From the NCBI GenBank assembly GCA_963769425.1, contig CAVYLP010000006.1, positions 32,001-96,000 on the forward strand: 64,000 nt of DNA, given 5' to 3'. This DNA comes from Candidatus Bathyarchaeota archaeon. Its GTDB lineage: Archaea; Thermoproteota; Bathyarchaeia; TCS64. Every line of letters begins with the position of its first letter. The stretch's first letter is position 1. This document shows, piece after piece, positions 30,239 to 39,667 of this stretch. The notes beneath the pieces are model-generated. The model was not told the DNA's origin. It searched no databases and saw only the letters and a list, made by a program, of their open reading frames with translations. A program made the position numbers and the translations under genes.

Positions 30239-30671
30239 ATGGCTAGCGAGTCGATGGGGCGGAGAAGGTTCTCGGCGCTCGCTGAGGGGTGTGAGCCCCT
30301 CTGGCTCCTCCACATGGAGGCGGATTACATAGGCTTCATGGTGAGCATCGAGACAGAGATTAGGCTGCTTGAACACATCGACTCCTGTCGAGCTTGCATG
30401 GACAAGCTAGCTGAGGTCTCTAACAAGGTCCGCGACCCCGCGGATGAGTTGGAGGAACTATTTGCAGTAGACCTACCCGAGAAACTAGCGGATAAGCCAG
30501 GTTCCGAGGACTGCCCGATCCGGGATAATTTCTCCGACGCAGACGCTTACCATCAAGGCGAGGATAAGTTGGCGGGTAAAGAGACTGAAAAAGCTCCTAT
30601 CCGACGCTGAGCTTGAACTCGGCCATCTCAGCGGTAGGATAAGGGAAGAGGGAAAGAAGTCTACTCCTTGA
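30239..30671 (+). CDS. hypothetical protein with HxxxCxxC motif (probable frameshift ~30550)
   Basis: EHIDSCRAC; a helical continuation exists in an adjacent frame. Confidence 0.5.
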
Positions 30672-31113
30672 GTTCCGCGACCATCCAGGCCTCGACCGCT
30701 ATCCAGCCAGGGTGGTGGAGTGGAAGAGCCGTCCTAGCTGGCTTCCCCTCGGGGTCACCGTAGAGGTTCACGAGTAGATCGGTGAAACCGTTCAGCACCT
30801 TGGGCTGGTCCATGAACCCCTCGGCGCTGTTTATGAAGCCGACGACCTGAAGCACCTGCTTGATCCTGTCGAGGTTCCCGAGTTGCCTCTTCAGCTGGCT
30901 GAGGCAGTTGAGCCCGACCTCCTGAGCGGCCTTGTAGCCCTCCTCGAGTGTAAGCTCCTTGCCAACCATGCCTCGCTTTGTCGTCTGGAATGGGCCTTGC
31001 CCGCAGCTGAAGACTATGTTGTTGGCCCACTTGGCGCCTATGTAGTTGCCCTTGTAGTTTGGTGGAGGTGGTAGCTCTAGTCCTAGTTTCTTTAACTTGG
31101 CTTCAATTGACAT
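30661..31113 (-). CDS. RidA/YjgF family protein
   Basis: LGLELP, GQGP, GFINSAEGFMDQPKVLNGFTDLL, ARTA. Confidence 0.88.
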   Translation of the reverse strand: MSIEAKLKKLGLELPPPPNYKGNYIGAKWANNIVFSCGQGPFQTTKRGMVGKELTLEEGYKAAQEVGLNCLSQLKRQLGNLDRIKQVLQVVGFINSAEGFMDQPKVLNGFTDLLVNLYGDPEGKPARTALPLHHPGWIAVEAWMVAELKE

Positions 31114-31205
31114 GAGTCTACAAAGGGTTAACATAGGTTTTAACGGTTGTCGGTGGAGACTGCGGTGTACTCTTTATTATCGAGACCAGTATCTCCCTGT
31201 GAGAT

Positions 31206-32423
31206 ATGACGCCGAGCATCATCGAGAAGGGCATTGGATTCGTCAAGAAGCAACAGAACCCCTTCAAGGTGAATATGGCGAAGAACATTGTCCAGAACTT
31301 CAGCCTCGGCCTCACTCAGCAGTACCAATCCATCTACATCACTGCGCTGGGGGCGACAGCACTCGAACTCGGCTACGTGACGAGCATCGGCGGCATAGCA
31401 TTCGCGCTAATTACTTTACCAGTTGGCATCTTGGCTGACAAGTATGGCATAAGGCGGATTCTAATGGCCGCCCTTCTCCTCATGGCGGGCGGCTATGCTA
31501 TCTTTGGTGGCTCAACAACCTGGGAGATGACTGCAGCGGCTCTCATCCTAACGAGTATCTCTTGGGAGATGACAATGAACGTCTGCCCCATGATCTGCGG
31601 GGCTAGTCTCGAAAGTGTCGAACGTGTAACGGGGATGCAGCTTTGCGATACTGTGGCTGCCTTACCCAGGCTCTTTGCCCCCATTGTTGCCGCCTTCCTG
31701 ATAACCCAATTTGGGGGCCTAAACGTTGAGGGAATCAGGCCACTCTACTGGATTGAAGTGGGGGGCATACTCGTTGCCTTCGGGATCATTTGGAAGTATT
31801 TCACTAACCCACCCCGCATTATGGGGAGCAGGGGGATAACAATCAATGACGGTATAGGGCGTGTATTCAAGGAGGGGGTGAACATCAAGCGTTGGCTTCT
31901 CTATAGCGCAGCGAACATGTTTCCAACCTACATGGCTATCTACATCCCACTCTTCGCGAAGACGATGCGCGGGGCGCAGCCCTACAGCCTTGGGCTCATG
32001 GACGCCGTCTACTGGGGCATCGTTGTGGTGCTCGCGATGCCTGTCGGCCTCTCCGCCGACAGATTCGGTAGGAAGAACCTCATCACGCTGATGTGCCCGC
32101 TCTACGCACTCGGGCTATTAGTACTGGCCTATGTTCCAGGTGAGTTAACACTGATCGCTGTGGGCCTTCTAACTGGGTTCATTCAGCTCGCGGGTGTAAC
32201 AAGTGGGTCTATCTCTGTTGAGCTCGTTCCAAAGGAGCTGCTCGGGTCATGGTACGGGATCATAGGGATGGCTAGGAGCCTTTCAAGCATCATCTCACCG
32301 CTCATAGGTGGGCTGATCTGGAATAGCCTAGGGCCCGTCTATGTCCTCTACTTCCTTGCTGTGACTCAGCTGCTGAAGCTGGTCATCCTCTGGACGATGC
32401 CGAAGACTACGAAATATAGCTAG
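31206..32423 (+). CDS. MFS transporter
   Basis: GILADKYGIRR and ADRFGRK motifs, ~12 TMs. Confidence 0.9.
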   Translation: MTPSIIEKGIGFVKKQQNPFKVNMAKNIVQNFSLGLTQQYQSIYITALGATALELGYVTSIGGIAFALITLPVGILADKYGIRRILMAALLLMAGGYAIFGGSTTWEMTAAALILTSISWEMTMNVCPMICGASLESVERVTGMQLCDTVAALPRLFAPIVAAFLITQFGGLNVEGIRPLYWIEVGGILVAFGIIWKYFTNPPRIMGSRGITINDGIGRVFKEGVNIKRWLLYSAANMFPTYMAIYIPLFAKTMRGAQPYSLGLMDAVYWGIVVVLAMPVGLSADRFGRKNLITLMCPLYALGLLVLAYVPGELTLIAVGLLTGFIQLAGVTSGSISVELVPKELLGSWYGIIGMARSLSSIISPLIGGLIWNSLGPVYVLYFLAVTQLLKLVILWTMPKTTKYS

Positions 32424-32452
32424 GCTCCGGTAATTTTTCAGTAAAATGAAGG

Positions 32453-32584
32453 TGCCCAAGCATTTCTCCTCTTCTCGGTGAGGTCTCTCGGAGCCTAAGC
32501 CCCTGGAGCCTTTAGGCCCACCGTTCCGAGTCAGCTTCGGGGTTCTTCGTGCCTTTTCGATCCCCGGTCGCTGTTGCTTGGGCA
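32453..32584 (-). ncRNA. candidate structured non-coding RNA
   Basis: 10-bp closing stem TGCCCAAGCA/TGCTTGGGCA, nested stems, G-U pair favouring the minus strand, TATA-like element ~25 nt upstream. Confidence 0.45.
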
Positions 32585-32780
32585 GACTTAACATCTGTAT
32601 GTAAAGTATTTACACTTGTGATGCATCATAGGGGCAAGTAGGAGTGTGATTTCTAGGCTAAGGTCCCTATTATTGACACATATTAGTTAATAACGTCTCA
32701 AGACACTGGGACGATAACCAGATTATACACCATGATTAAAGATCCCATTAATTAGATCACCCGCTTTTAATGTCTAATTC

Positions 32781-32950
32781 GCCACTGCTCCCGATTCGGA
32801 TCTGGGCAAATGTTATTTCCCCAAGATCCCGGGTTTGATCAAGGCGGGAGGATAAACCACTCTGAAGTTGAGTGAAATCGTCCAGCACCCTTTCCTAAAC
32901 ACTTCTCTTCTCGTTCCTCGCGCCTTCGAATCGCCTTCGGTGGTGGCCAA
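32781..32950 (+). promoter_or_regulatory. candidate structured 5' leader of the nuclease-like gene
   Basis: Stems CTCCCG/CGGGAG, GGATCT/AGATCC, CACTC/GAGTG, GCCAC/GTGGC. Confidence 0.4.
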
Positions 32951-33448
32951 TTGAAGATACTCAGAGACGAGTCCGGTTTCGTGATCAGGGGGGAGAGGTT
33001 CGTTAGCTACCAGGAGGTCCAGTGCTTCAGGTACCTGCAGTGGCTGGGGTTAACGCCTGAAGACATGAATCACGAGTATCATGTGGGTCGTTGTAGCTTC
33101 GACTTCTTCCCGCTCAGTAAGGTGTTCTGGGAACACCACCCCATATCCATGAGGAGTGGCGAGGACCTCTATCAATACGGCAAGAGGAGGAGACGCGTGT
33201 TGAACACATCCGGCTACTCAAAGATCCCGCTAGTTGTCTCCGACTCGATGTTTAGGGATCAGTGGGAGGTCTGCGACCTGATGAATGACTATGAGGTCGA
33301 CTTCAAGAGGGGTAGGGTGAAGGGGGACCCGACCATCTGCTTCGTCCGCGATTATGGTAGGGAATTTGAGCTACCGAACGGTGAGGCGTTGAAGGAATCG
33401 ATCGCCGGCGAATACACTATTCCAGAACAACTGCTCGGTGCGTACTGA
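32951..33448 (+). CDS. small PD-(D/E)xK/Vsr-DUF559-like nuclease-fold protein
   Basis: SYQE...L..LG...HEYHVG..SFDFF....FWEHH pattern. Confidence 0.55.
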   Translation: MKILRDESGFVIRGERFVSYQEVQCFRYLQWLGLTPEDMNHEYHVGRCSFDFFPLSKVFWEHHPISMRSGEDLYQYGKRRRRVLNTSGYSKIPLVVSDSMFRDQWEVCDLMNDYEVDFKRGRVKGDPTICFVRDYGREFELPNGEALKESIAGEYTIPEQLLGAY

Positions 33449-33517
33449 TCTCGGAGGGTAACCAATCGGGGAGTCTATACTTTTTTAAACCCTGCGACAT
33501 CTTCTATTTGATCCAAC

Positions 33518-33844
33518 ATGACAGAGGACAGCATCATCTACATCGGCAGCAAACCTGTAATGACCTACGTAATGGCAGTTCTGACGGCCTTCAACCAGAA
33601 GGGTGCGGACGGCGTCGTTCTCAAGGCTAGGGGTCAAGCAATTAGTAGCGCAGTTGACGTAGCTGAGGTCTGCAGGAACCGCTTCATCGCGGGGTTAAGC
33701 AAGCCCGAGATCGAGATCGGGACGGAGGAGCTCGAGGGGCAGGATGGCGGGAAGAGAAATGTCTCCACTATCGCAATAAGCATGCGGAAGGAAGAGGAGG
33801 CTGAGGAAAAGAAACCCGCTAAGAAGAAGAAGGAAGAAGAGTAA
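33518..33844 (+). CDS. albA: DNA/RNA-binding protein Alba
   Basis: IYIGSKPVMTYV, KARGQAISSAVDVAE, RNVSTIAI. Confidence 0.95.
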   Translation: MTEDSIIYIGSKPVMTYVMAVLTAFNQKGADGVVLKARGQAISSAVDVAEVCRNRFIAGLSKPEIEIGTEELEGQDGGKRNVSTIAISMRKEEEAEEKKPAKKKKEEE

Positions 33845-33935
33845 GCTCCTCAACACATACTAAAGATTTCTATTTGCATTCTCAACCTAGTAGACGTTAT
33901 ATCGTGTATTCCTCACCCTACTAGGCGAGATAGCT

Positions 33936-34697
33936 ATGTTGAACAGGGTTAAGGAGAAACTATCTAAGAAGGGCACAGCCGTCGGTTCCTGGATGAGCAT
34001 ATTGAATGAGGACGTCTCGTCCTCTATGGGTAACTCGGGGCTCGACTGGGTGCTCTACGACCTTGAGCACGGTCCCGCCTCGATTGAGACCGCGAGCAAG
34101 CTCGTCAGGGCGACTGGTACGAAGGGGGCGCTCCCCTTCGTCAGGCCTGTGTGGAACGACATGAATGCTATCAAGCAGGCACTCGACACGGGGGCCTGGG
34201 GACTCGTCATACCCTGGGTGAATGATGTGGAGCAGGCGAAGAGGGCGGTCAGCTACACGCGGTACATGCCCGAGGGGCAGCGTGGCTGCGCCGCGGGGAG
34301 ACCGGCCTCCGCTTGGGGTCTGACTCCGGTGGATTACATGAATGTCGCCAACGACGAGATAGTCGTCGCTGTCCAGATTGAGACAGAGGAGGCTGTGAAG
34401 AACATCGAGTCTATATGCTCGGTGGATGGCGTGGACGCGACCTTCATCGGGCCTAGTGACCTCTCAGCCTCGATGGGTTATAGGGGGCAGTTCTGGCACC
34501 CGAAGGTCGTCAAAGCGATGGATCGGGTGTTGGAAGTTTGTCGGGACTCGAAGGTGGCGCCGGGTATCGCCTTCGGTAAGGGGGTCGACCACTGCGTCGA
34601 GTTAGTTAATCAGGGGTGGCGCTTCCTATGTGTGGGCTCCGACACGGAGTTCCTCAAGACGGGGGTCAAGGTGAGCCTCGAGAAGTTCGGTCGATAA
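33936..34697 (+). CDS. HpcH/HpaI class II aldolase (GarL-like)
   Basis: DLEHG, LDTGA, VQIET, FIGPSDLS. Confidence 0.9.
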   Translation: MLNRVKEKLSKKGTAVGSWMSILNEDVSSSMGNSGLDWVLYDLEHGPASIETASKLVRATGTKGALPFVRPVWNDMNAIKQALDTGAWGLVIPWVNDVEQAKRAVSYTRYMPEGQRGCAAGRPASAWGLTPVDYMNVANDEIVVAVQIETEEAVKNIESICSVDGVDATFIGPSDLSASMGYRGQFWHPKVVKAMDRVLEVCRDSKVAPGIAFGKGVDHCVELVNQGWRFLCVGSDTEFLKTGVKVSLEKFGR

Positions 34698-35271
34698 TCG
34701 TTTTCGCAAATTCCGTTGTTTTATCAACTATGCCTAGTAGTGTTTCTTCTAGTTCAGGCGTCGTGTACTTAGCGACTATTAGGATGGTTACGGCGACGCC
34801 TACGACGCCGAAGGCGAAGCTTATCGGGTAGTGGTAGGTCTCGAGGCTCCGCCCCGCTAGGAGGGTGAAGGGCCACGTGTCGTAGGCGGTGAGGTAGAGG
34901 GTGAGGGCGATGCGTGGTACATTTAGGATGAAGAGGAGCGCCCCGGAGAGAGCGACGCCGGATAGTCGCTTGACCCAGCTCGCCCTAAGTGGTAATATGA
35001 GGCCCGCCATTACGCCGAGCACGTTCAGGGCCGTGCACTCACGAATGATTGTGACGGTGACGACGCGCTGCCCAATGAGTGTGAGGACGGTTACTCCCCC
35101 TAGCTGATCCCAACTCGTAGAGTGACCGAAGATCATTAAGGCCCAAGCTGAGGTCTGGGCGGTCAGCGCCTCCACGGAGTCGGAGGGGATCATGTAGAAG
35201 ACCAGGAGGATGGCTGCGAAGGAGACCACATATAGGATGACGTACTTCAATGTCGGCTCCTGGTTGGCCAT
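34666..35271 (-). CDS. archaeosortase/exosortase family protein
   Basis: ECTAL (Cys), NVPRI (Arg), YHYP (His) triad; multiple TMs. Confidence 0.8.
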   Translation of the reverse strand: MANQEPTLKYVILYVVSFAAILLVFYMIPSDSVEALTAQTSAWALMIFGHSTSWDQLGGVTVLTLIGQRVVTVTIIRECTALNVLGVMAGLILPLRASWVKRLSGVALSGALLFILNVPRIALTLYLTAYDTWPFTLLAGRSLETYHYPISFAFGVVGVAVTILIVAKYTTPELEETLLGIVDKTTEFAKTIIDRTSRGSP

Positions 35272-35305
35272 AGTGTTTGTATCCGCTGCCCGGGTAAAAA
35301 GGTGA

Positions 35306-35770
35306 TTAGCGTCTCCTTCCGAGGACGAGGGCTGCGGCGACTGCTAACAGGATACCCGCCCCGACGGCTTCAGTTGGATAGCCAGGTACACCACCGCTAG
35401 TGGTTGTGACGGCTGCGCCTTCAGTGTAATATGAGCCAGGTCCGTGGAGGTTACAGACTGCTTGGGCCTTTATCGTCTTCGGGTTTGCTGAGCCGATGTT
35501 CAGCGTGAATGTGTACTGAGTCGTGGTGGCCTTGGGGAGGTCTTTGAAGGTTTGTATTGTTCCGTCGAGGTCGAGGTTGATCTGCATGATGTAGTGGTTT
35601 GTCGTGGGGTCGGCGTGTCTCACTAGGACGTCGATGAGAGTGTTGCCAGAGTCCGTTCGACGAGTAATGCTTAGAACGGACGGTATATCCGCTCGGACGG
35701 TTGTGGCTGGTATTGTTAGGGTGAGAGTGATGAGTATCAGGAGGCTGATTTTAGTACTCATGCGCAGCAA
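35306..35770 (-). CDS. secreted protein with SOR/desulfoferrodoxin-like metal motif and C-terminal sorting signal
   Basis: Signal peptide; HADPTTNHYI and CNLHG; VPGYPTEA-TM-RRR. Confidence 0.75.
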   Translation of the reverse strand: MLRMSTKISLLILITLTLTIPATTVRADIPSVLSITRRTDSGNTLIDVLVRHADPTTNHYIMQINLDLDGTIQTFKDLPKATTTQYTFTLNIGSANPKTIKAQAVCNLHGPGSYYTEGAAVTTTSGGVPGYPTEAVGAGILLAVAAALVLGRRR

Positions 35771-35824
35771 TTGGGAGTCGTGTTATTTGAATTTAGATAA
35801 TTTTTAAGTGTTTAGTGTGTGGTC

Positions 35825-36076
35825 GAAAAGGAGCTGTTTTCAAGTCTCCCTTGTAACCAGTAGGGGGGTATAAGAGAAAAAAATAGCCCATCGATCCTAC
35901 TCATTCAGTCAAAGGGCAGAGCATGAAAAGGAGCTTTTCTCAAGCCTCCCTTATGACTGGTAGCATATCATAATTGAAAAAAATCCATGTGTCTTCCCAA
36001 TCAGTATATTCGGAATGATTAGGAGCGTGTTTTATTCTCTCCCTAATACCGATGGCATAGTATATTGAAAAAAACA
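35825..36076. repeat. three imperfect ~60-bp direct repeats
   Basis: AGGAGC..TT....CTCCCT...A-run units near 35825, 35925 and 36017. Confidence 0.7.
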
Positions 36077-36159
36077 GTTACCTTCCCTGTCTCAAGCCTA
36101 GAAGCACTTGCTAGTAACTAGATGAATAGCTAAACATGAACGGATAATTTTAAGGGGCT

Positions 36160-37554
36160 TCAGGGGTGGATGTCCGGGTGGCGGCTATGCCAATCTGTTA
36201 GGCTTTGGTAGGAGCGTGCGATGGCTAAAATGGTGTTCTCCTCGTACGGCTTCCCCATAAACTGGATGCCTGTTGGTAGGCCTTGGCTCGTGAAGCCATT
36301 GGGGACACTGATTGCGGGGAGGCCGCACCCGTTGCCGACAGCGCCCATCACGTCCTTGGTGGCTCCTGGGGCGACCTTTCTGAATTCCTCGGTAATTGGG
36401 GTAGCGGGCTTCTTGCTGCTGGGCGCGATAAGCGCATCGTAGGGCTCCATGGCTGTGGTGACGGCTTTGACCATCTTGCCGCGGAGGCGCGTTGCTCGGA
36501 GGTAGTCGGTTGCGAGTAGGGCGGTTCGGGCGTAGGGGCCCCAGTGGTCCTCGGGCGCGGTGAGGTGCTGGGTGAGGCCTGAGTCAACGAGGTCCTCGAA
36601 GGCGCTCGCTGCCTCGGCGTTTAGGATGGTGCGGGTTATGGCCTCGTAGGGGAGGTCGGGGAGCTCGATCTCGTCTACGTCCGCGTATCCGCGTATGGTC
36701 TTCAGGGCTTTGTCGAAGTTGTCCTTGACCTCGGGGTTTGCGTCGTCGGCGACTCCTCGCAGAAACGCGAGGCGGGGTCTGCGCCTCATGGGGCGTGGAT
36801 TGTAGAGCCATGGCTTCTGAATGGTTGTGGGGTCCTCCGGGTCGGGCCCGGCGATGGCTTGGAGTATTGTTCCGCAGTCGTCGGCTGTCTGGGCGAGGGG
36901 GCCGAGTTTGTCGAGTGTCCAGCAGAGAGCCATTGCTCCATGGCGGCTGACTCGGCCATATGTTGGGCGAAGACCCGAGACGCCGCAGTTGTTGGCGGGG
37001 CTTAGGATGCTGCCCCAGGTTTCGCTTCCTATTGCGAAGGGGATGAGTCCGGCTGCGACGGAGGCGCCTGAACCGCTTGATGATCCTCCGGCCCAGGTGT
37101 CGGGGTTCCAGGGGTTCCGTGGAGGACCGGTTAGACTGGCGTTGGGTTGGCGGTAGCCCATGCCCCCTGCGAACTCAATCATGGCAAGTTTGGCGCAGAG
37201 GATGGCGCCCGCGTCTCGTAGCTTCTTCACAGCTGTTGCGTCAGTGTCGATAATCCGTTCTCGGAAGGGTTCGGCGCCCCAGGTTGTTGGTATGCCTCGG
37301 GTGGAGAGGAGGTCCTTTGCGCCCCAAGGGACGCCGTGGAGGGGGCCTCGGTAGTTGCCCTCCTCTATCTCCTTCTCGGCCTTCCTAGCTTGCTTGAGGG
37401 CGAGGCTTCGGGTGATGGTGACGACGGCGTTGAGACGGGGGCCGATTGTCTCGAGGCGGTTGAGAAAGACCTCGGTGAGTTCGACGGGGGATACTTTGCC
37501 GTTCTTGATCTGTTTCGATAGCTCAGATATGGGGCGGTGGATGGGTGACTTCAT
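36160..37554 (-). CDS. amidase signature family enzyme
   Basis: GAKDL, GGSSSGS, GSETWGSI, GLRPTYGRVS. Confidence 0.92.
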   Translation of the reverse strand: MKSPIHRPISELSKQIKNGKVSPVELTEVFLNRLETIGPRLNAVVTITRSLALKQARKAEKEIEEGNYRGPLHGVPWGAKDLLSTRGIPTTWGAEPFRERIIDTDATAVKKLRDAGAILCAKLAMIEFAGGMGYRQPNASLTGPPRNPWNPDTWAGGSSSGSGASVAAGLIPFAIGSETWGSILSPANNCGVSGLRPTYGRVSRHGAMALCWTLDKLGPLAQTADDCGTILQAIAGPDPEDPTTIQKPWLYNPRPMRRRPRLAFLRGVADDANPEVKDNFDKALKTIRGYADVDEIELPDLPYEAITRTILNAEAASAFEDLVDSGLTQHLTAPEDHWGPYARTALLATDYLRATRLRGKMVKAVTTAMEPYDALIAPSSKKPATPITEEFRKVAPGATKDVMGAVGNGCGLPAISVPNGFTSQGLPTGIQFMGKPYEENTILAIARSYQSLTDWHSRHPDIHP

Positions 37555-37751
37555 TTTTCTTCACCGCTTGGCTTGAAGAATTGGTAGGGCTCGTCCCCGT
37601 TCTCGAGCTTAATCGCGTGCATGGCCTTAGCGGATTCGAGGATCGCGTCGAGTCCTTTTCGTATCTCTTCTAGCTCTTCGGGGGTTACGCGGTCTCCGTA
37701 ACTCGTCTCGACGAGGTTGAAGAGTATTTCAGCCTCGCTCTTCTTTGTCAT
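37551..37751 (-). CDS. small GatC/AtzG-like amidase partner
   Basis: 66 aa, overlaps amidase start, ends LENGDEP..F. Confidence 0.6.
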   Translation of the reverse strand: MTKKSEAEILFNLVETSYGDRVTPEELEEIRKGLDAILESAKAMHAIKLENGDEPYQFFKPSGEEK

Positions 37752-37850
37752 GGTCCTTTATTGGGGCGCCTTTATTTTAGGTCTAGCTCGGTGTTTCATC
37801 ATTTTCCTTTTCTTGTTATCTTCAGAATATTTTTGGCATGAAAGATATTA

Positions 37851-38249
37851 TTATTTCGTCGTACGTTTACCGTAGGGTTTGGTGAGCCATTGGAGTATCT
37901 CGAGGGTGTAGCCTTCAGGATCCTTGAAGAGCATGGTCTTCATGTGGAGGTAGTCGGCCTCCTTCGGGCCCAGTTCGATCTCGACGCCTGCTTGGATGAG
38001 TTTGCGGTGCCACGCCTCGATGTCGTCGGTGAACCAGCTCAGCATGACGGGTTTGTTCTCTGCGGTTTTGAGGTAGCCCTTGCTTGAGTCGACGATTCCT
38101 ATGTGGATGTTGTCGGTGGCTTTGAAGACCCTGGCGAATCCGACGTCTATCACCTTGGGAAAGCCGAGGGTGTCCGCGTAGAAACGTTCGGCGCGGTCGA
38201 TGTCTCGATAGTAGAAGAACGTGATGGTTCCGTACAGGTCTGGGTTCAT
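37851..38249 (-). CDS. VOC/glyoxalase family protein
   Basis: DIDRAERFYADTLGF, FKDPEGYTLEI. Confidence 0.88.
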   Translation of the reverse strand: MNPDLYGTITFFYYRDIDRAERFYADTLGFPKVIDVGFARVFKATDNIHIGIVDSSKGYLKTAENKPVMLSWFTDDIEAWHRKLIQAGVEIELGPKEADYLHMKTMLFKDPEGYTLEILQWLTKPYGKRTTK

Positions 38250-38440
38250 GGTGGTTTAGGGGGTCCTTGGTGTATTAGGTGGTTACGACGAGGGGTCGAT
38301 CTAATTGAACGCTATTACAATCAGTTGGAAGTGAGGATAAGACTATTGAAAGCTGGATTAATTTCTCTATGATGCACGCGCTAGAGATCTAGCGTAATTC
38401 CCTAAACATATTAACCGTTACTGCGAAGGAAGAAAGTGGC

Positions 38441-39224
38441 ATGAACAGACTACAGGGAAAAACCGCACTGATCACAGGAGCGGGTTCAGGAATCGGCAGG
38501 GCCACAGCCATCCTATTCGCAGCAGAGGGCGCCAAAGTCGCAGTAAACGACATCAGCGATGAGGGCGGTAACGAAACCGTACGGATGATAAAAGAAGCAA
38601 AAGGAGAAGCCACATTCTACAAGGCGAACGTGACGAAGTGGCCAGAGGTGAAGACCCTGGTCAGCTAAAGTACGTGATCGCTATGACGGCATCGATATCC
38701 TGCACAACAACGTGGGAGGATGGCAGAGGGAAAACAATGACACCGTCGTTAACGATTCCGAGGAGGAGTGGGACAGGCTCATCAACCTGAACCTGCGCGG
38801 GGTGTTCCTCGTGTCAAAGGAGGTAGTCCCGATTATGATCAAAAAGGGTGGTGGATCGATTATTAACACCATCACAACGAATGCCTACATGAATTATGTG
38901 GGAAATCACGCATACGGCGCGTCGAAGGGGGGTGTGAAGGAGTTGACGAGATCGATGTGCCTGGATTACGCTAAATACAACATCAGGGTCAACGGGTTGG
39001 TCCCCGGTGAGACGATAACACCTCAGTGGACGGCATCGATGGAGAGTGGCCCAAACCCAGAGGAGTCGAAGAGCCTCCTTCTGAAGAAGATACCGATGGG
39101 GCGGTTTGCTATGCCCGAAGATGTAGCTTTAGGGGCGCTCTTCCTCGCATCCGATGACTCAAGGTATGTTAATGGTCACATTCTCTTCGTCGATGGTGGA
39201 TTGACCGCTGGATTCTACGGATAA
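38441..39224 (+). CDS. SDR oxidoreductase (frameshift ~38665)
   Basis: [27 protein letters not shown] split over two frames. Confidence 0.85.
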
Positions 39225-39667
39225 GTGAAGGAGGGAGCTGGGGGAGGTTGGAGGATCGTCAGTTGCCGTGGTTCTATCTCTGTAAGATGTGTGTGCGGTT
39301 GAGTATCAGGTTGTACTAAGGATGAGGACGCGCACGATCATTTAATCCAGGTTATATTTGTTTCCAAGCTAAATTTTTCACCATCACTGATGGTGCCTGA
39401 TATTATAATGTCTGGACCAAAAGGAAACTGTTCTAGTCTTTTGTACATGAATGACATTGTCTAGAACATATGACTATATTGGTTAGCTTTACTCACATTA
39501 AATATTTTAACTATTTATATATATTAAAAATTGACTTAGCAGGTGGTAGTATGAATTATCTATTTAGCTTGATATTAAATTCCTCGTTCACTGGAAGAAT
39601 ATTTTATTGGGACTTGATAGTCTAGTGTGTTAATGGATGAGAGAAAGATATTATACCTGATGACACA

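Noticed and set aside
32453-32584. 5S rRNA, RNase P RNA, SRP RNA or H/ACA RNA
   Set aside because: Only a faint GAACCCCGAAG resemblance to 5S; the P4, SRP helix-8 and ACA hallmarks are absent
35825-36076. CRISPR array
   Set aside because: Only three long, divergent units and no cas genes
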